A DNA stretch of 64,000 nt from an uncultured delta proteobacterium (GCA_963761335.1 CAVXGR010000016.1:32001-96000), one strand, 5' to 3'. Shown: positions 9,886 to 23,726, counted from the first letter of the stretch. The notes: generated from the letters alone by a model not told the origin. Numbers and translations: made by a program.

Positions 9886-10506
9886 GTGGCTCAACCACGC
9901 GAAGGCTTGCGATTCTCTCTCTGCCTCATCCTGACCGCGGCGCTCACTTTGACCGGCCTGGCAGCCACCGCCCATGCGGTGACCTACAAGCTCGACTCCG
10001 ATCACACCAGCGTCGTCTTCCACGTGCGACACCTGTTCTCGCAAGTGGAGGGCCGCTTCGACAAGTTCTCGGGGAGCATCGATTTCGATCCTGCCAAGCC
10101 GGAAGCGACCCGCGTGCAGGGCAGCATCGACGCCGCCAGCATCAATACCAACGTGGCCAAGCGCGACACACATCTGCGCAGCAAGGATTTCTTCGACGTC
10201 GCCACCTATCCGAAGATCACCTTCGCCAGCACCGGGGTGAGCGACGTCGATACCAAGAAGATGACCGGCAAGCTCCACGGCAAGCTCAGCATGCGCGGGG
10301 TGGAGAAGGATGTGGTGCTGGAGGTGGCCTTCCTGGGCGCCGGCAAAGATCCCTGGGGCAATGCCAAGGCGGGCTTCACCGCCTCGACGAAGATCAACCG
10401 CAAGGACTTCGGCCTCACCTGGAACCAGGCGCTCGAGGCCGGTGGCTTTCTCGTCGGCGACGACGTCACCATCGACATCTCCGCCGAGGGCATCCTGCCG
10501 CAGTAG
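9886..10506 (+). CDS. yceI: YceI-family polyisoprenoid-binding periplasmic protein
   Basis: Signal peptide; RDTHLRSKDFFD, DPWGN, RKDFGLTWN; start approximate. Confidence 0.92.
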   Translation: MAQPREGLRFSLCLILTAALTLTGLAATAHAVTYKLDSDHTSVVFHVRHLFSQVEGRFDKFSGSIDFDPAKPEATRVQGSIDAASINTNVAKRDTHLRSKDFFDVATYPKITFASTGVSDVDTKKMTGKLHGKLSMRGVEKDVVLEVAFLGAGKDPWGNAKAGFTASTKINRKDFGLTWNQALEAGGFLVGDDVTIDISAEGILPQ

Positions 10507-10509
10507 CCG

Positions 10510-12096
10510 TCACGCCGGAGCGTCGACCAGCAGCTTTTCCTTTCGACCTTTGGGCAGATGGTCGTAGAGATCGGCGATGAGGTCGGACCTGATGGTGCGG
10601 TAGGCGGGATCGTTCCAGAGGTTGCGCCACTGCCGCGGATCCTCGTCGAGGTTGTAGAGCTCGCCCTCGCTGCCGTCGTAATGCACACCGCACGGCGTCA
10701 TGACGAAGTCGCCGAGCGTGCGCTCGAGCCCGGTCGGCTGGCCGTCGGTGCTCGGCTCGTAGCGCGTCAGCAGCCAGCCGTCGCGGTGCACGATGCTGCG
10801 CATGTGCATGCCATGACTCGGCGTCTGGCTGTCCCACTCGCAGAGGACGCGCTCGCGGCTGCCGTCGTCGGTCACCGGTAGCGGAGCGCCTTCCATCCAG
10901 GGCGGCGGCTCGATGCCGGCGATGGCACAGAAGGTCGGTGCCAGGTCGACCTGGCCGACCGGCTGCTCGATCTGCGCCGGCGCGATGCTCGCGGACGATG
11001 CCGGACGCCAGATCATCGGCAGGCGCATCAGCGCGTCGACGTGGAACGGGCCCTTGTAGATGAGGCCGAAGTCCCCCTGCATCTCGCCGTGATCGGTGGT
11101 GTAGATCACGTCGGTATCATCTGCCCAGCCGCGCTCGACGACGCGTCGCCAGACGCGGCCGCAGGCCTCGTCGATGAGCTCGTTCATGACATGGACCTTG
11201 GCGTTGATCTCGCGGATATGATCGCGGTTGAGCTGCGGCACCCGAAAGTTGGGCGGAGCGCCCTCGGCGTTCTGCCAGCGCCCTTCGAAGTAGGCGAGCC
11301 AGTGCGCCGGCTTCTGCGCCAGGATCTCTCGGGTCTGCGCCTCCGACGCCGGGTAGCCCTCCGGTAGGGGCAGGTCGCGCCAGGGCACGCGGTGCAGCTC
11401 CGATGCCGGCGGATCCCAGGGATGATGTGGATCGGGGAAGCTCATCCACACGAACCAGTCGTCCTCGGGCGCCAGCGAGTCGAGGAACTCGACGGTGCGG
11501 TCGGCGACCCAGTCGGTGTGGTACCACGGGCGCGGGATCGGGTTGTTCTTGGTCTCCGGAGCGCCCGTGTCGCCGCCGCCGTTGGCGTCGAGCAGTGGTG
11601 CAAAGCTCTCGAGGTGCTCGGGATGATTCTGCCTGAGCCAGCGGCCGTAGTGGCCGACCGGCCGCCCATAGAAGGCGGCGATGTGCGTCGCATGCACGGC
11701 GCGCTCGAAGCCGCGCCAGGGGCCGAAGTCGCCCCGCCGCTGCCGGGCGTTCTCCTCGAACTTGAGCTGCGGGTCGAAGTTGGGCTCGAAGTGCGCCTTG
11801 CCGCACAGCGCCGTGCGATAGCCGGCGCGCTCGGCGAGGTGGGCGGCGATACTGGGGGCGTCGACCGGCAGGGCGATGCCGTTGGCGACCACGCCGTGGG
11901 TACGCACGTACTGGCCGGTGAGCATGGTCGAACGCGCCGGCATGCACACGGTGTTCTGGTTGTAGGCGCGCCGATACGTGAGTCCGTCGCGGGCCCACGC
12001 ATCGACGACCGGCGTGCGCGCCACGCGACCCCCGGTGCAGCCGAGGGCGTCGTGGCGTTGCTGGTCGGTGGTGATGAAGAGGATCTTGCGTCCCAT
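10510..12096 (-). CDS. Sulfatase (Cys-type formylglycine enzyme)
   Basis: ILFITTDQQR, CMPAR (CxPxR), GKAH, DPHHP, TDHG, ELYNL..DP. Confidence 0.92.
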   Translation of the reverse strand: MGRKILFITTDQQRHDALGCTGGRVARTPVVDAWARDGLTYRRAYNQNTVCMPARSTMLTGQYVRTHGVVANGIALPVDAPSIAAHLAERAGYRTALCGKAHFEPNFDPQLKFEENARQRRGDFGPWRGFERAVHATHIAAFYGRPVGHYGRWLRQNHPEHLESFAPLLDANGGGDTGAPETKNNPIPRPWYHTDWVADRTVEFLDSLAPEDDWFVWMSFPDPHHPWDPPASELHRVPWRDLPLPEGYPASEAQTREILAQKPAHWLAYFEGRWQNAEGAPPNFRVPQLNRDHIREINAKVHVMNELIDEACGRVWRRVVERGWADDTDVIYTTDHGEMQGDFGLIYKGPFHVDALMRLPMIWRPASSASIAPAQIEQPVGQVDLAPTFCAIAGIEPPPWMEGAPLPVTDDGSRERVLCEWDSQTPSHGMHMRSIVHRDGWLLTRYEPSTDGQPTGLERTLGDFVMTPCGVHYDGSEGELYNLDEDPRQWRNLWNDPAYRTIRSDLIADLYDHLPKGRKEKLLVDAPA

Positions 12097-12124
12097 TCTC
12101 CTGCGTCTCCTGGTCCTGCCCAAA

Positions 12125-12198
12125 AGGGGACAGGCTACTTTTGTCCCTCGAAATTCAACGGAGGCAGGGACCTGGTCCGCAAGAGTTGCCTGTCCCCT
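12125..12198. repeat. GGGGACAG-type palindromic REP-like element copy 1
   Basis: AGGGGACAGGCTACTTTT ... AAGAGTTGCCTGTCCCCT; second copy at 61335-61412. Confidence 0.75.
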
Positions 12199-12209
12199 CC
12201 TGCATTGGT

Positions 12210-13265
12210 TCAGCCGCGCGCCGGAACGATGCCGTGCTCGATCATGCTGCGGCCGGTGTCGACCAGCGTCTCCGGCATCGGGCGCATCGACCAGCCGAGC
12301 TCGCGTTTCGCCTTCTCGCAGCTGACGCGCTCCTGGCGGCCGACGTAATCGAGGGCCAGGCGGATCGCCTTGTCGAAGCGCGCGAAGATCCACATGATCG
12401 CGTAGGGGAGACGCCCGGTCGGAACCCGGTAGCCCTTGGGATTGAACTCTCCGGCCAACACTTTGGCCATGTCCTCGATCCACATGTGCTCACCGGCGCA
12501 AATGTAGCGGTTGCCGGCGGCCCGGGGGCTCTCCATCGCCAGCCGATGGGCGATGGCGACGTCGCGCACGTCGACGGGGGCGAAGCCGAGGCGCGGGCAG
12601 GCGGGCATCTCCCGCGTCAGCAGCTTGCGCACCACCTCGCCCGACGTCCCCGGATCGGCACTCATCAGCGGACCGAGAACGAATCCCGGATTGATCACCA
12701 CCAGCTCGAAGCGCTTGTCGGCCGGCAGCCCCTCGACGAAGTCCCAGGCGGCGCGCTCCGCCAGCGTCTTGCTCTTCTGATAGGCCTCGCAGCGGTCGGG
12801 ATTCGACCAGTCTGCCTCGGTATACACCTTGTGCTCCTGCGGATCGTGGCCGAAGGCGACGGCGGCGACCGAGGAGGTGAGCACGACGCGCCTCACCGTG
12901 CCGCTCTCGGCGCAGGCGCGGAGCACGCGCTTGGTGCCGTCGACGGCGGGGCGGATCAGGTCCATCTCGTCTTTCGGTATCTCGGCGGGAAACGGCGAGG
13001 CGACGTGCAGGACGTAGGTGCAGCCGGCCACCGCTTCCGGCCAGCCGCGATCGCTTGCCAGGTCGGCCTCGACGAGATCGAGCGAGCCGCCGGTGCGCGC
13101 GGCGAGGGCGCGCAGGTGCGCGGTTTTCTCGGGCGCCTTCAGGTTGCGCACCGTGCCGCGCACCGCGTAGCCGTGCTCGAGCAGCTCGCGCACGCAGTGG
13201 CCGGCGATGAAGCCGGATGCCCCCGTGACCAGGACCAGGGGGTCCTTCGATGCGGTCGTCGTCAT
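12210..13265 (-). CDS. NAD-dependent epimerase/dehydratase (aldehyde reductase, extended SDR)
   Basis: VTGASGFIA, HVASP, TSS, YQKSK. Confidence 0.92.
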   Translation of the reverse strand: MTTTASKDPLVLVTGASGFIAGHCVRELLEHGYAVRGTVRNLKAPEKTAHLRALAARTGGSLDLVEADLASDRGWPEAVAGCTYVLHVASPFPAEIPKDEMDLIRPAVDGTKRVLRACAESGTVRRVVLTSSVAAVAFGHDPQEHKVYTEADWSNPDRCEAYQKSKTLAERAAWDFVEGLPADKRFELVVINPGFVLGPLMSADPGTSGEVVRKLLTREMPACPRLGFAPVDVRDVAIAHRLAMESPRAAGNRYICAGEHMWIEDMAKVLAGEFNPKGYRVPTGRLPYAIMWIFARFDKAIRLALDYVGRQERVSCEKAKRELGWSMRPMPETLVDTGRSMIEHGIVPARG

Positions 13266-13411
13266 GGCGCCCTCCTTGCCGCCCATGGACTACCAGTTTG
13301 TCCCCCGGCGGTCACGTCGCCCCGGGAGGGCGGACGATCCTGCGACTGTCGCGCCGTCCGCTTGTGAGCCCCTCTCCGCCGCCGTATCCTGTTGGGTGCG
13401 AGGAGCGGCTA

Positions 13412-13600
13412 ATGGACCACCCGTGGAAATGGTTGGGCGATCTCTCCTGGCAGAGTATCGGCCTCGGCGTGCTCGTGCTGGTTGCCCTCTACGGTCTCAA
13501 GCGCTGGCGGTCCTCCGCCTCCCGGCAAGCGGACGCGGTGCTCGAGCGCATGCAAAGGGAGAGAGGGGATCACTATCGCAAGGTGCGGCCGCTCAAGTGA
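13412..13600 (+). CDS. Small single-pass membrane protein
   Basis: RBS GAGGAG, MDHPWKW, one hydrophobic helix then basic tail. Confidence 0.6.
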   Translation: MDHPWKWLGDLSWQSIGLGVLVLVALYGLKRWRSSASRQADAVLERMQRERGDHYRKVRPLK

Positions 13601-13631
13601 GCGGAAGATCCTCTCCTACGAGGAGGGCGAC

Positions 13632-14507
13632 ATGGAGACGATTCCTTTTGGCCGGACGGGGCACCGCAGCTCCCGCGTCATCTTCGGGGCGGCGGCGCTG
13701 TGGAGCATGCGGCAGGAGAAGGCGGACGAGATCCTCGGGCTGCTTCTCGAGCACGGCGTCAATCACATCGACGCGGCGGCCTCGTACGGCGACGCCGAGC
13801 TGCGCGTCGGCGCCTGGATGCCCGGCCACCGCGACCGTTTCTTCCTGGCCACCAAGACCGGCGAACGCACCGCCTCCGGGGCGCGCGATAGCCTGCACCG
13901 ATCGCTCGAGCGGCTGCGAGTCGACTCGCTCGACCTGATCCAGCTCCACAACCTCGTCGAGGAGGAGGAGTGGGAGGTGGCCATGGGCCCGGGTGGGGCG
14001 CTCGAGGCGCTGGTCGAGGCGCGCGACCGCGGCCTGGTGCGCTACCTCGGCCTCACCGGGCATGGCACCCGCGTCGCCGCCATGCACCGCCGCAGCCTGG
14101 AGCGCTTTCCCTTCGACAGCGTGCTGCTGCCCTACAGCTTCACCCTGATGCAGATGCCGGAGTACGCCGCCGACTTCGAGGCGCTGATGGCCATCTGTGG
14201 GGCGCGCGGCGTCGCCGTGCAGACGATCAAGGCGGTGGCGCGGCGCCGCTGGCAGGAAGAGTCGCCGCGCCGTCACAGCTGGTATGAGCCGCTGCGCGAT
14301 CCCGCGGCCATCCGCCGCGCCGTCCATTTCACCCTGGCGAGGCCCGGCATCTTTCTCAACAGCTCCAGCGACGCCAGCTTGCTGCGCACCATCCTCGAGT
14401 CCGCCGCCGCGCCGGCGCCGGCGCCGAGCAAGGCGGAGCTCGAGGCCGACGTCGCGCATCTCGACATGCAGCCGCTCTTCGTCCGCGGCGTCAGCGACGC
14501 GATCTGA
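13632..14507 (+). CDS. Aldo/keto reductase
   Basis: RBS AGGAGG; FGRTG, IDAAASYG, LATK, SLERL..D.LDLIQLH. Confidence 0.92.
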   Translation: METIPFGRTGHRSSRVIFGAAALWSMRQEKADEILGLLLEHGVNHIDAAASYGDAELRVGAWMPGHRDRFFLATKTGERTASGARDSLHRSLERLRVDSLDLIQLHNLVEEEEWEVAMGPGGALEALVEARDRGLVRYLGLTGHGTRVAAMHRRSLERFPFDSVLLPYSFTLMQMPEYAADFEALMAICGARGVAVQTIKAVARRRWQEESPRRHSWYEPLRDPAAIRRAVHFTLARPGIFLNSSSDASLLRTILESAAAPAPAPSKAELEADVAHLDMQPLFVRGVSDAI

Positions 14508-14513
14508 TCGGCG

Positions 14514-15023
14514 TCAGCCTTCCTGTATCGGTATCGAGCCGATGTAGTCCATCTTGCCGAGGTCGACGCCGTTGTGGCGCAGGATCGCGTAGGCCGTGGT
14601 CGCGTGGAAGAAGAAGTTGGGAATGGCGATCTGCAGGAGGTAGTCGTCGCCGCGCAGCCACTTGCCGCCGAGCCACGCCGGAGACACCTTGCGGTCCTCG
14701 GCGCCCGCGAAATCCTTCGCCTGGACGGTGTCGAGAAAGCCGAGGCATTTGCCAATGCGCTCTCGCAGCTCCGCGAAGGTCTGCTCGGTGTCCGGATGTG
14801 ATGGCGCCTGCTTGCCGCCGAGGTACGCCGCCGCGTACTTCGCCTGGTCGCAGGCGGCCTGCACCTGGCGGGCGAAGGCGTACTGGTCCGGCGCCAGCCG
14901 AGCCTGGGCGAGCACGTCGACCTCGAACGATTTGGCCTGCGCGTGCGCGGCGGCCTTGTCCATCCACTGCTCGAGGTTCTGCAGGGTCTTGGCGAACAGA
15001 CGGATCACGTCGTGTTGGTTCAT
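14514..15023 (-). CDS. DUF1993 family protein
   Basis: ARLAPDQ, PNFFFHATTAYAILRHNGVDLGKMDY. Confidence 0.9.
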   Translation of the reverse strand: MNQHDVIRLFAKTLQNLEQWMDKAAAHAQAKSFEVDVLAQARLAPDQYAFARQVQAACDQAKYAAAYLGGKQAPSHPDTEQTFAELRERIGKCLGFLDTVQAKDFAGAEDRKVSPAWLGGKWLRGDDYLLQIAIPNFFFHATTAYAILRHNGVDLGKMDYIGSIPIQEG

Positions 15024-15163
15024 CGGGCTTTCCTTTCGTCGTTGGCGGACGATAGCGCACGGCGAATCGTCAAGCGACTGGTGGATGTGGATTCGTTCGG
15101 CCCAGTCGAGTACGACTCTCGGCAGGAGAGGCCGGTTCCGAGCGGTAAGGACAGGAATGCCGA

Positions 15164-17048
15164 ATGAGCTGGGATAGCCCGCCATCGAAGCGACGGCTCG
15201 TGTTCCGGCCCCACGTGGGTTGGGTCGCCGTCTTCGTACCCGCCGGGCTGGCGCTGGCATACTTCATTGCATTCAGCGCCTTCGTCATCCACCGCAGCCA
15301 TCGCAGCGGCGACTTCTGGCTGTACGATTACCTCGTGGCGAGCGTCCCCCTGGGCGGTTGGAGCCGCCCCGGCCTCGTCGTCGAGGTCGGGCTCCTCGTC
15401 TATCTCGCCGGCGTGGTGGCAACTTTCCAGCGGCGCAGAGGCCTGGCGATTCTGTCGATAACCGCTCTTCTCCTCGCCCTCTACAGCATCTGCTTCGGCG
15501 ATTATCTCGCTTTCGGGGAGCCGCTCTCATATGGCGACCTGGCGGAGACGCGCGAGCTCGTCCGTGCCCTGCCGTGGAGATTTCTCCTGCCGGCGGGATC
15601 GGGGCTTCTCGGCGTCGCCTCGCTGCTGCTGATCAACTTCCGCTGGCCGGGTCTCCGGCGCGTCTGCGCGGCGTTGCTGCCGGTGGGTCTGTACCTCGGC
15701 GCTGCCTGGGCGCGCCCGGATCTCGTCTTTGCCGGCATCGAATCGCTGCGCCCCACTCCCGGCTTCCGGCCCGATCTCGAGCTCTTCCGCGACGGTCCGC
15801 TCTGCGCGTTTCTGAAGAGCCATGCCCGCTTCCGCGAATTCGAGCGCGCTCTCGCCGCGGATCGCGGCGGCGGCGCCGAACGGATCTCCTTGCCGCTGGA
15901 AGGTGAGCCGGCGCTGCCCTCTCGCCCGAACATTCATCTGATCGTGATGGAGAGCCTCATCGATCCGCTGAACTTCCGCGCCGCGCGCTTCGATGGCGAT
16001 CCGATCGATTCTCGCTTTCGTCGCTGGCTGCGCGAGAGCGGCTCGGTTTCGCTCTCTCCCGTCTTCGGCGGCAAGTCGGCGCGCGCCGAGTTCGAGGTTC
16101 TCTGCGGCCTGCCCTCGTACGCCGTGGGAGGCATCGATTTCAACGCTCTGCGCGGCGCGCACATCCCGTGTCTCCCGGACCTGCTGCGCCGCCTGGGGTA
16201 TGCGACGATGGCCTCGCAGCCGGTCAGCTCCTCGTTCTTCAACTATCGAAAGGCGTATCCGGCGGTGGGGTTCGAGATGACCTACTTCGCCGGCAGCTAT
16301 CGAGCTCGACGATTTCGACGGGCAATGGCTGGCTGCGGCGAGCCAGATGCACCAGCTGCAGCGCTTGGTCGAGGGTCTAGGCGACGGCAGGCCCCGGTTC
16401 GTGTACACCTTCGTCAACGCCGGGCATCATCCCTTCGAGATGAACGCACAGCGCCGTCCACCGCGCTTTCCGGGTGAGACGTGGCTGGCCCGCATTGCCA
16501 ACGCCATCTCCTACGATTCGGCGGCTGTCGCCGACTACGTCGAGTGGATCGAAGCGCGGGATCCGCAGGCGGTGGTGATCATCGTCGGCGACCACCTTCC
16601 CGTCCTCGGTGCCGCCTTCGCCGCATACCGGAATTGGGACTACCGCCTCGCCTCCGAGGAGGGGAATGCGCCGCCGTTCGCGAAGGGAGGCGAGGAGCGC
16701 GATCTCGTGTCGCGGGCGACCCCTCTCATCGTCCGCCGCGCCGGGCGAACGATCCCCGTGGGTGTGGTCGCGCACTACGAGATCCCCGAGGTCTTGCTCA
16801 ATCTCCTCAGCGAGGGCGACTACTGCCGGCGACATTCCTGTGTCTCCTCCGAACGAGTGGTCTATCGCCCGATCGAGGAAGCGCCCTTCTTCAGCCGGCG
16901 GGAAGGCTTTCCGTCACCGGTCTGTGCGGGGCGGGGCTCGCAGCCCGGGTGCGCCGCCGGCCTGCGGCGTCACCTCGGGGCGCTCGCCGTTTACAGGGAG
17001 ATCCTGCGTCGCGGATCCGCTCAGTCGACCGAGGTGCCTGCCAGGTAG
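15164..17048 (+). pseudogene. LTA-synthase/sulfatase-like membrane protein with a frameshift near 16298 (real or sequencing error)
   Basis: N-terminal TM helices; PNIHLIVMES, GGKSARAEFEVLCG; continues in another frame as ELDDFDGQW...GHHPF...IIVGDHLP. Confidence 0.75.
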
Positions 17049-17141
17049 TACCTCGACGAGGAGTATTGTCCTGAATTCCCCCGACGCCGGATGTTGACGA
17101 GAGGCGATTGGCTGTCTTCCGGTCGCTGCGGGCGTGGGCTC

Positions 17142-17168
17142 CCTCTCCCGCAGGCAATGCGGGAGAGG
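17142..17168. repeat. CCTCTCCC/GGGAGAGG hairpin (REP-like)
   Basis: CCTCTCCCGCA-GGCAA-TGCGGGAGAGG perfect 11-bp stem. Confidence 0.5.
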
Positions 17169-17316
17169 AGACCCGGTGTGCGGCGCCCGAAAAAGTCGCA
17201 GACGTCGAGCTGGGACACCACCCGACGAGGAGCGGTACTTGTTTCGCTTCCCGGACCGGCGGAAGATCGGTGACATTGAAAGCCCGTCCGAGGTCGATCT
17301 CGTTATGCCGAAGGAG

Positions 17317-18222
17317 ATGTCCGATAGACCCTCGCAGAGACAGCGCCATCCGGCGCGCCTCTGGACATTTGTCGCCGTCATCGCTCTGGCGGTGCTCGCC
17401 GGTAGTGCGCCTGCGGATGCCGGGCAGTCGGGACGCGGACTGGGCGGCATCGCCATCGATGACCTCGAGTATCTGGTGAACAACCTCCAGCTGGACATCG
17501 AGGACATCGTCACTGCGCCGCTGCACATCGCCGATGCGGACAGCCCCCTGCGCTCGCCGCGCTTCTATCTCGGCGTTGCCGGCGCGGGCGCGCTCTGGGG
17601 CGCCTCCTACGCCCTCGACCAGACCATGCGCAGCCGCCTGCACGACATGTCGCCGAGCGACGCGAGGCTCCTCGAAGACGTGAGCTATGCCGCCATCGGC
17701 TTCGGCAGTGCCGCGACCTACGCCTACGGCGTCGCCAGCGACAACCCGCACGTGCGTCGATCGATGCTGACCGGCGGCGAGGCCGCCGGCGTCGCCACGC
17801 TCGCCAACGCGCTCATCCTCAAGCCCGGCTTCGGGCGCCTGCGCCCGTATCAGGACGATCACAGCCATTCGGCGTTCTTTCGCGGCGGTCAGTCCTTCGT
17901 GTCGGGCGATGTCACACCCGTGGTCTCCCTGGCGGCGGGTATCAGCAACGCCTTCGACAACCGCTGGTATGTGGCCGCGCCGGTCTACTCGGTGGCCCTC
18001 ATGGACGGTATCGGTCGCATGGGAAACGATGCGCACTGGTTCTCCGACGTCGTCGGCGCCGGCCTTCTCGGATGGGGCACCACCGAGCTATTCGAGCACC
18101 TCCACCGCAAGCACGAGGAGGAGCCGAGCCGCTGGCGCATCCTGCCGATGGCCGTGCCGATCGAGACGGCCGGAGGAGGCACGGCCATCGGCGGCGAGAT
18201 CATGCTGGCGCGGAGGTGGTAG
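17317..18222 (+). CDS. PAP2-family phosphatase
   Basis: RBS AAGGAG; KPGFGRLRP, SFVSGD, RMGNDAHWFSD. Confidence 0.8.
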   Translation: MSDRPSQRQRHPARLWTFVAVIALAVLAGSAPADAGQSGRGLGGIAIDDLEYLVNNLQLDIEDIVTAPLHIADADSPLRSPRFYLGVAGAGALWGASYALDQTMRSRLHDMSPSDARLLEDVSYAAIGFGSAATYAYGVASDNPHVRRSMLTGGEAAGVATLANALILKPGFGRLRPYQDDHSHSAFFRGGQSFVSGDVTPVVSLAAGISNAFDNRWYVAAPVYSVALMDGIGRMGNDAHWFSDVVGAGLLGWGTTELFEHLHRKHEEEPSRWRILPMAVPIETAGGGTAIGGEIMLARRW

Positions 18223-18315
18223 CGAGCAACCGGGGCATGGGCTTCTCTCGCTTGGCGGAAATCGCCCGCTGAATGTCATTGCCGGCGCCGTGGGCGACGG
18301 GTGAAGATCCCGCCC

Positions 18316-19089
18316 ATGAGCTCTTCCCGTCTCCCATTCGGAACCCTCGCCTGGGCCAGGGCCGGCGGCGGTGCGCTGTCGGTCCGAGAGAGCGTGCGCG
18401 AGATCGGCAGGGGCATCTCCGTCGTCCTGTCGACGGCGCCGGCGCAGGTGCGCCAGCGGCTCGGTCTCCGCAACCCGGGCGCCTTCGCCTATGATGTCGA
18501 CCGCTTGCGCGTTCCCGATTCGGGGATCGCCAGGCAGGCAGAGGAGCTGTGCCGCGAGACGTCGTCGCCGATGCTCGTCAACCACTGCCTGCGCACCTAC
18601 GCCTGGGGGATGATCCTGGCGGCGCGCGACGGTGCGCGTCCGGATGCCGAGCTCTTCTACGTCGCTTCACTGCTGCATGACCTGGCCCTCACCGAGCGCT
18701 TTCGCGGCTACGCCCCGATGCCGTGCTTTGCGGCGCGCGCCGGAATCCTGGCGACGGACTGGGCGCGGGAGCGCGGCTGGCCGGACGAGCGCTGCGCGGC
18801 GCTCGGCGATGCGGTCTGTCTGCACCTGAACGCGCGGGTGCCTCCGGAGCTCGGCGCCGAGGCGCAGTTGCTGCAGGCGGGTGCCGGGCTCGACGTGATC
18901 GGTCTGCGCCACTGGGAGCTGGCGCCGCAGACAGTCGAAGCGGTGCTGGCGCGCTATCCGCGGCTGCAGATGAAGCGGGACGCCTATATGCTCTTCGAGG
19001 CGGAAGCCCATCCGGGGACGAGAACGCGCCTGCTCAATCGCTGGCTTCTCTTCGGCACGCTGGTGCGACACTCGCAGTTCCACGAGTAG
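18316..19089 (+). CDS. HD-domain protein (cyanamide hydratase-like)
   Basis: PDS..A..AEE, NHCLRTY, ASLLHDL; start 18301 or 18316. Confidence 0.8.
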   Translation: MSSSRLPFGTLAWARAGGGALSVRESVREIGRGISVVLSTAPAQVRQRLGLRNPGAFAYDVDRLRVPDSGIARQAEELCRETSSPMLVNHCLRTYAWGMILAARDGARPDAELFYVASLLHDLALTERFRGYAPMPCFAARAGILATDWARERGWPDERCAALGDAVCLHLNARVPPELGAEAQLLQAGAGLDVIGLRHWELAPQTVEAVLARYPRLQMKRDAYMLFEAEAHPGTRTRLLNRWLLFGTLVRHSQFHE

Positions 19090-19191
19090 AGGCCTCTCGC
19101 CCGCCGGGGGCCACTCTCCGAGCTGACCCCGCGATCATAGCGGCTAGTTGACTTTGATACTGCGTGAGAATCTCCCTTCTCTATTCCGTCG

Positions 19192-19336
19192 TTCCCGGCT
19201 CTCATTCCCGGTTCTCATTCCGTCGTTTTCCATTGTTCTGCGGGCCGCGTGACATCTCGGCCGGCTCTGGGGTTACTCGCCGCTGTCAGAGCGAATGGAA
19301 GACGACGGAATGAGAACCGGGAATGAGAACCGGAGA
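19192..19336. repeat. Inverted-repeat element copy 2 (core orientation B)
   Basis: CTCATTCCCGGTTCTCATTCCGTCGTTTTCCATT ... AATGGAAGACGACGGAATGAGAACCGGGAATGAG. Confidence 0.9.
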
Positions 19337-19435
19337 TTGAGAGGGGAAAGCAGGCAGGGCTCGAGCGTTGAGGTCGGTCGCCTTGCGTTGTCCATCCGTG
19401 GAATTGGCAGCGCGGCCATCCCGGCCGCTCCGGGG

Positions 19436-22138
<2,703 letters not shown>

Positions 22139-22790
22139 TCAGCTCTCCACTCTCGCCTGCAGCTCCGCCACCCACCGCATCATCTCAGCGTGCACCTTCT
22201 GCACCGACGGACGCTGCTGCACCGCCGTCCACCACGCCGCCAGCTTCGGGCGGTCGTCGCTGAACGGTTTTCCACCAAGGAGCTGTAGCGTCAACTGCGC
22301 ATAGAGCATCAGCGGCGCCAGCGCACAGTCTGCCAAGGTGAAGTCGCTACCCAGCGCGTACGGACCGGCCCAGCATCCCTTCGAGCTGATCGAGGCGGGC
22401 GGCGATTTCCGCAAATTGCGTGGTGATGAGCTGCTGATCCTTTTCTTTCAGCGTGACCTGGGGGAACAGCACGTGAAACGCGGGTTCCAGGTACAGATCG
22501 CCGAAGCGGTCCAGCATACGCGAGCGGGCACGTCCTTCCGCATCTGGCGGCAGCAGGCGCGGCGTTGGGAACTTCTCGTCGAGGTATTCGTTGATCACCT
22601 CCGACTCGCCAATGATCTGCCCGTTTGTCTGCAGCGCCGGCGTCTTGCCCAACGGATAGATCTTCAGATACGCCGCCGACTTCAGGTCGTCGCCCGGGAT
22701 CGGCACGATATCCACCGGAGCGCCCTTCTCGTAGATCACTAGGCGGCACTTCGAGGCGAAATGGCTGCCGTTCTGGTTGTAGAGCTTCAT
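22139..22790 (-). pseudogene. Glutathione S-transferase with a frameshift near 22370
   Basis: YPLGKTPAL, ESEVINEYLDE; continues in shifted frame GPYALGSDFTLAD...RPSV. Confidence 0.85.
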
Positions 22791-22895
22791 CGGCGCGACC
22801 CCCTCTCGTCTGCGAATGGCAGAGTATCGGTGAGTGGCGGCGTTCGTTCAATGGGGGCCGGCGCTGTCGGCGCCGGCGCAATCTGAACCCAGCCG

Positions 22896-23520
22896 TCACT
22901 CGACCGCTTGGCGCATCCGTAGCCTGCGCATCCCAACGCCACCAACCAGTGCAACCGCGGCCGCCAGTCCCCATCCCCACCACGGCAGGTGACCGGCGAT
23001 GGTGATGCCACTGACGCCCAGGAAGATCTGAAACGCGGTGGTCGGCGCCAGGCCAACGACTGTCGCCAGCAGATACGTGCGCGTCGGCATGCGCGTCACC
23101 GCAGCGAACAGGTCGATCAGCGGGTTCGCCCACAGCAGCATGCGCAGGGCAAAGATCGTCGAGAACGGATGCGTGCGCAGGCGTTCTTCCCAACGCTGGA
23201 TCGAGGCCGGCACACGATCCATGAGCCCAATCCTGCCGAGCCAGCGCGCCGCACCGTAGGTGATCACGCTGGCCAGCAGGGTTGCGACAAATGAGTACGA
23301 AAATGCGACCGGCAACGACCAAATCGTGGTGGCCACCCACACCAACGGCGCCAGCATGAAGGCGGCAAACATGCCCATCGCCAGGGCGAAGAAGAGAAAG
23401 GGCGCCCACAGCCCGGCTCGCGCGATCATCACCTGGATCCTCTCGGGCTGGGCGAAGACCGCCAGCACACCAGCGCGCCACGCGATCACGAGCAGCGTCA
23501 CGCAGGGACGACTTTCTCAT
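22896..23520 (-). CDS. TVP38/TMEM64 (VTT/DedA) membrane protein
   Basis: Multiple TM helices, ARWLGR, ALRM, TVVGLAP; ATG at 23520 is one base out of frame with the ORF from 23501. Confidence 0.7.
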
Positions 23521-23726
23521 GTGACCACGAGTCGCGGCCCTATACCACGAGGCCGCTGGCGCACGCGACCGGTGCCGGTGCGTGCGCCGGTGCTGACCGG
23601 CGCGGGGCGTTTTCTTCGGCGGCGGTTTCGGTTTCTCTGTACCGCCCGCGATGCGGTTGCCGAGCAGCGGATTAACGATCTGTATACGGCTGCACACCTC
23701 ACGCTGTTGGCGTGACCGAAGCTGTC

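Noticed and set aside
23517..23702. Small Arg-rich ORF upstream of the VTT gene
   Set aside because: No clear RBS or family motif; composition typical of non-coding GC-rich frames
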